This document shows positions 63,191 to 64,000 of a DNA stretch of 64,000 bases, in pieces (the first letter of the stretch is position 1; each line of letters starts with the position of its first letter). The stretch is from Candidatus Heimdallarchaeota archaeon. GTDB taxonomy: Archaea; Asgardarchaeota; Heimdallarchaeia; Heimdallarchaeales; Heimdallarchaeaceae. A model generated the notes under the pieces. That model made no database searches. It saw only the letters and a list, made by a program, of their open reading frames with translations, and was not told where the DNA came from. The stretch covers positions 1-64,000 of the forward strand of contig JABCTC010000006.1 in the NCBI GenBank assembly GCA_018238545.1, read 5' to 3'. The translations under genes and the position numbers were made by a program.

Positions 63191-63239
63191 GATTCAAGTG
63201 AGTTTTTCTATGCTCTTTGGATGTTTTTTGTTTGTCAAA

Positions 63240-63472
63240 ACTCTTCAAGCTACAATGAAATCTTTCATGAATGAATTCCCAAAAAGAGAAGGAACTATGC
63301 AAGATGAAGAGTGAATCGAGTTTCGTTAAAGTTTGCTCAAGGGTTCCTTATCAATACTGATGTGGTTACAGCATACAACATATTAGTTAAAAACAACCTG
63401 AAAACACTATCTAAACTTATTGTAGACGGGGGTAGGGGGGATACGTGGTGTATCTATTCAGCTTTTGTCTAA
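63240..63472 (+). pseudogene. Decayed 3' remnant of an IS200/IS605-type tnpB
   Basis: NYAR*RVNRVSLKFAQGFLINTDVVTAYNILVK resembles the TnpB C-terminus (G.R..RGL....G..INADVNGAYNIL.K). Confidence 0.55.
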
Positions 63473-63588
63473 GGCGATAGGAGAACAATAACCCATCGAA
63501 AATCTAATGAAAGCAGTATTTAATTTTTGTTTGAAAATCGTTTGATAAATTCACTACTTGTTTTCTGTATTACAGAAGATTATCAGTC

Positions 63589-64000
63589 ATGAAGAAAATA
63601 GTCATCATTATGGGGGAAGAATCAAAACTAATAACATCGTACATTGCTAGTATTGTTAAGAAATACTTGCCGAAAAATGAGGAAATCATTCACAGCGGTC
63701 TATTCCTATTATCTGCAAGAGAAGAACAATTGAAAATCCCAGATTGGTATTATAACGGATATTCAGTAATTTCAGAAACTGTATCAAGCTATCTCCAAGC
63801 TCTTTGCATGGAAAAGACTCTTACATTTACCAATAATGGAATGTACTTATTTATAGATGATCAGAATGCAATTCCAAGTGAAGATATAGAAACCGCTGTT
63901 TCTACTGTCGATAACATCTTACCAGATTGTGAATCAGGCATAAAAATAATAAAAAAAGCCAATAAAGAGTTTCAATTGAAACATATTGGCGCTGTCAGAT
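63589..64000 (+). CDS. Hypothetical protein, 3'-partial
   Basis: Open frame MKKIVIIMGEESKLITSYIAS... runs off the window end. Confidence 0.6.
   Translation, partial: MKKIVIIMGEESKLITSYIASIVKKYLPKNEEIIHSGLFLLSAREEQLKIPDWYYNGYSVISETVSSYLQALCMEKTLTFTNNGMYLFIDDQNAIPSEDIETAVSTVDNILPDCESGIKIIKKANKEFQLKHIGAVR

Overview
AT-rich archaeal chromosome segment, most likely from an Asgard archaeon (Heimdallarchaeia-like). This is inferred from archaeal information genes together with eukaryotic-signature proteins: Rab-like GTPase, Roadblock, OSTC/DC2-like, candidate OST4-like and PCI-like. The core region (~19.8-61 kb) holds ribosomal protein clusters, Rpo3, RPA, RFC-S, Cdc6, TFB, TrpRS, four tRNAs and Tad-type pilus genes. 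The 16S and 23S rRNA genes are unlinked and divergent, and each carries a bulge-helix-bulge (BHB) intron: 31 nt in 16S helix 45 and 381 nt in the 23S peptidyl-transferase centre. A large TnpB/Cas12-like element interrupts ppa at the left edge. The strongest candidate for an undescribed system is a dispersed family of unannotated 18-42 aa micro-ORFs (consensus MKxxYDP[E/K]xGD[E/D]xIxPPxWFPN). Six clear copies and one divergent copy are present, four preceded by a near-identical non-coding element. The six clear copies all lie next to one of four paralogous ~530-560 aa helical (TPR-like) proteins, suggesting a peptide/receptor-type module. All calls come from reading the sequence and recalled motifs; no searches were run.
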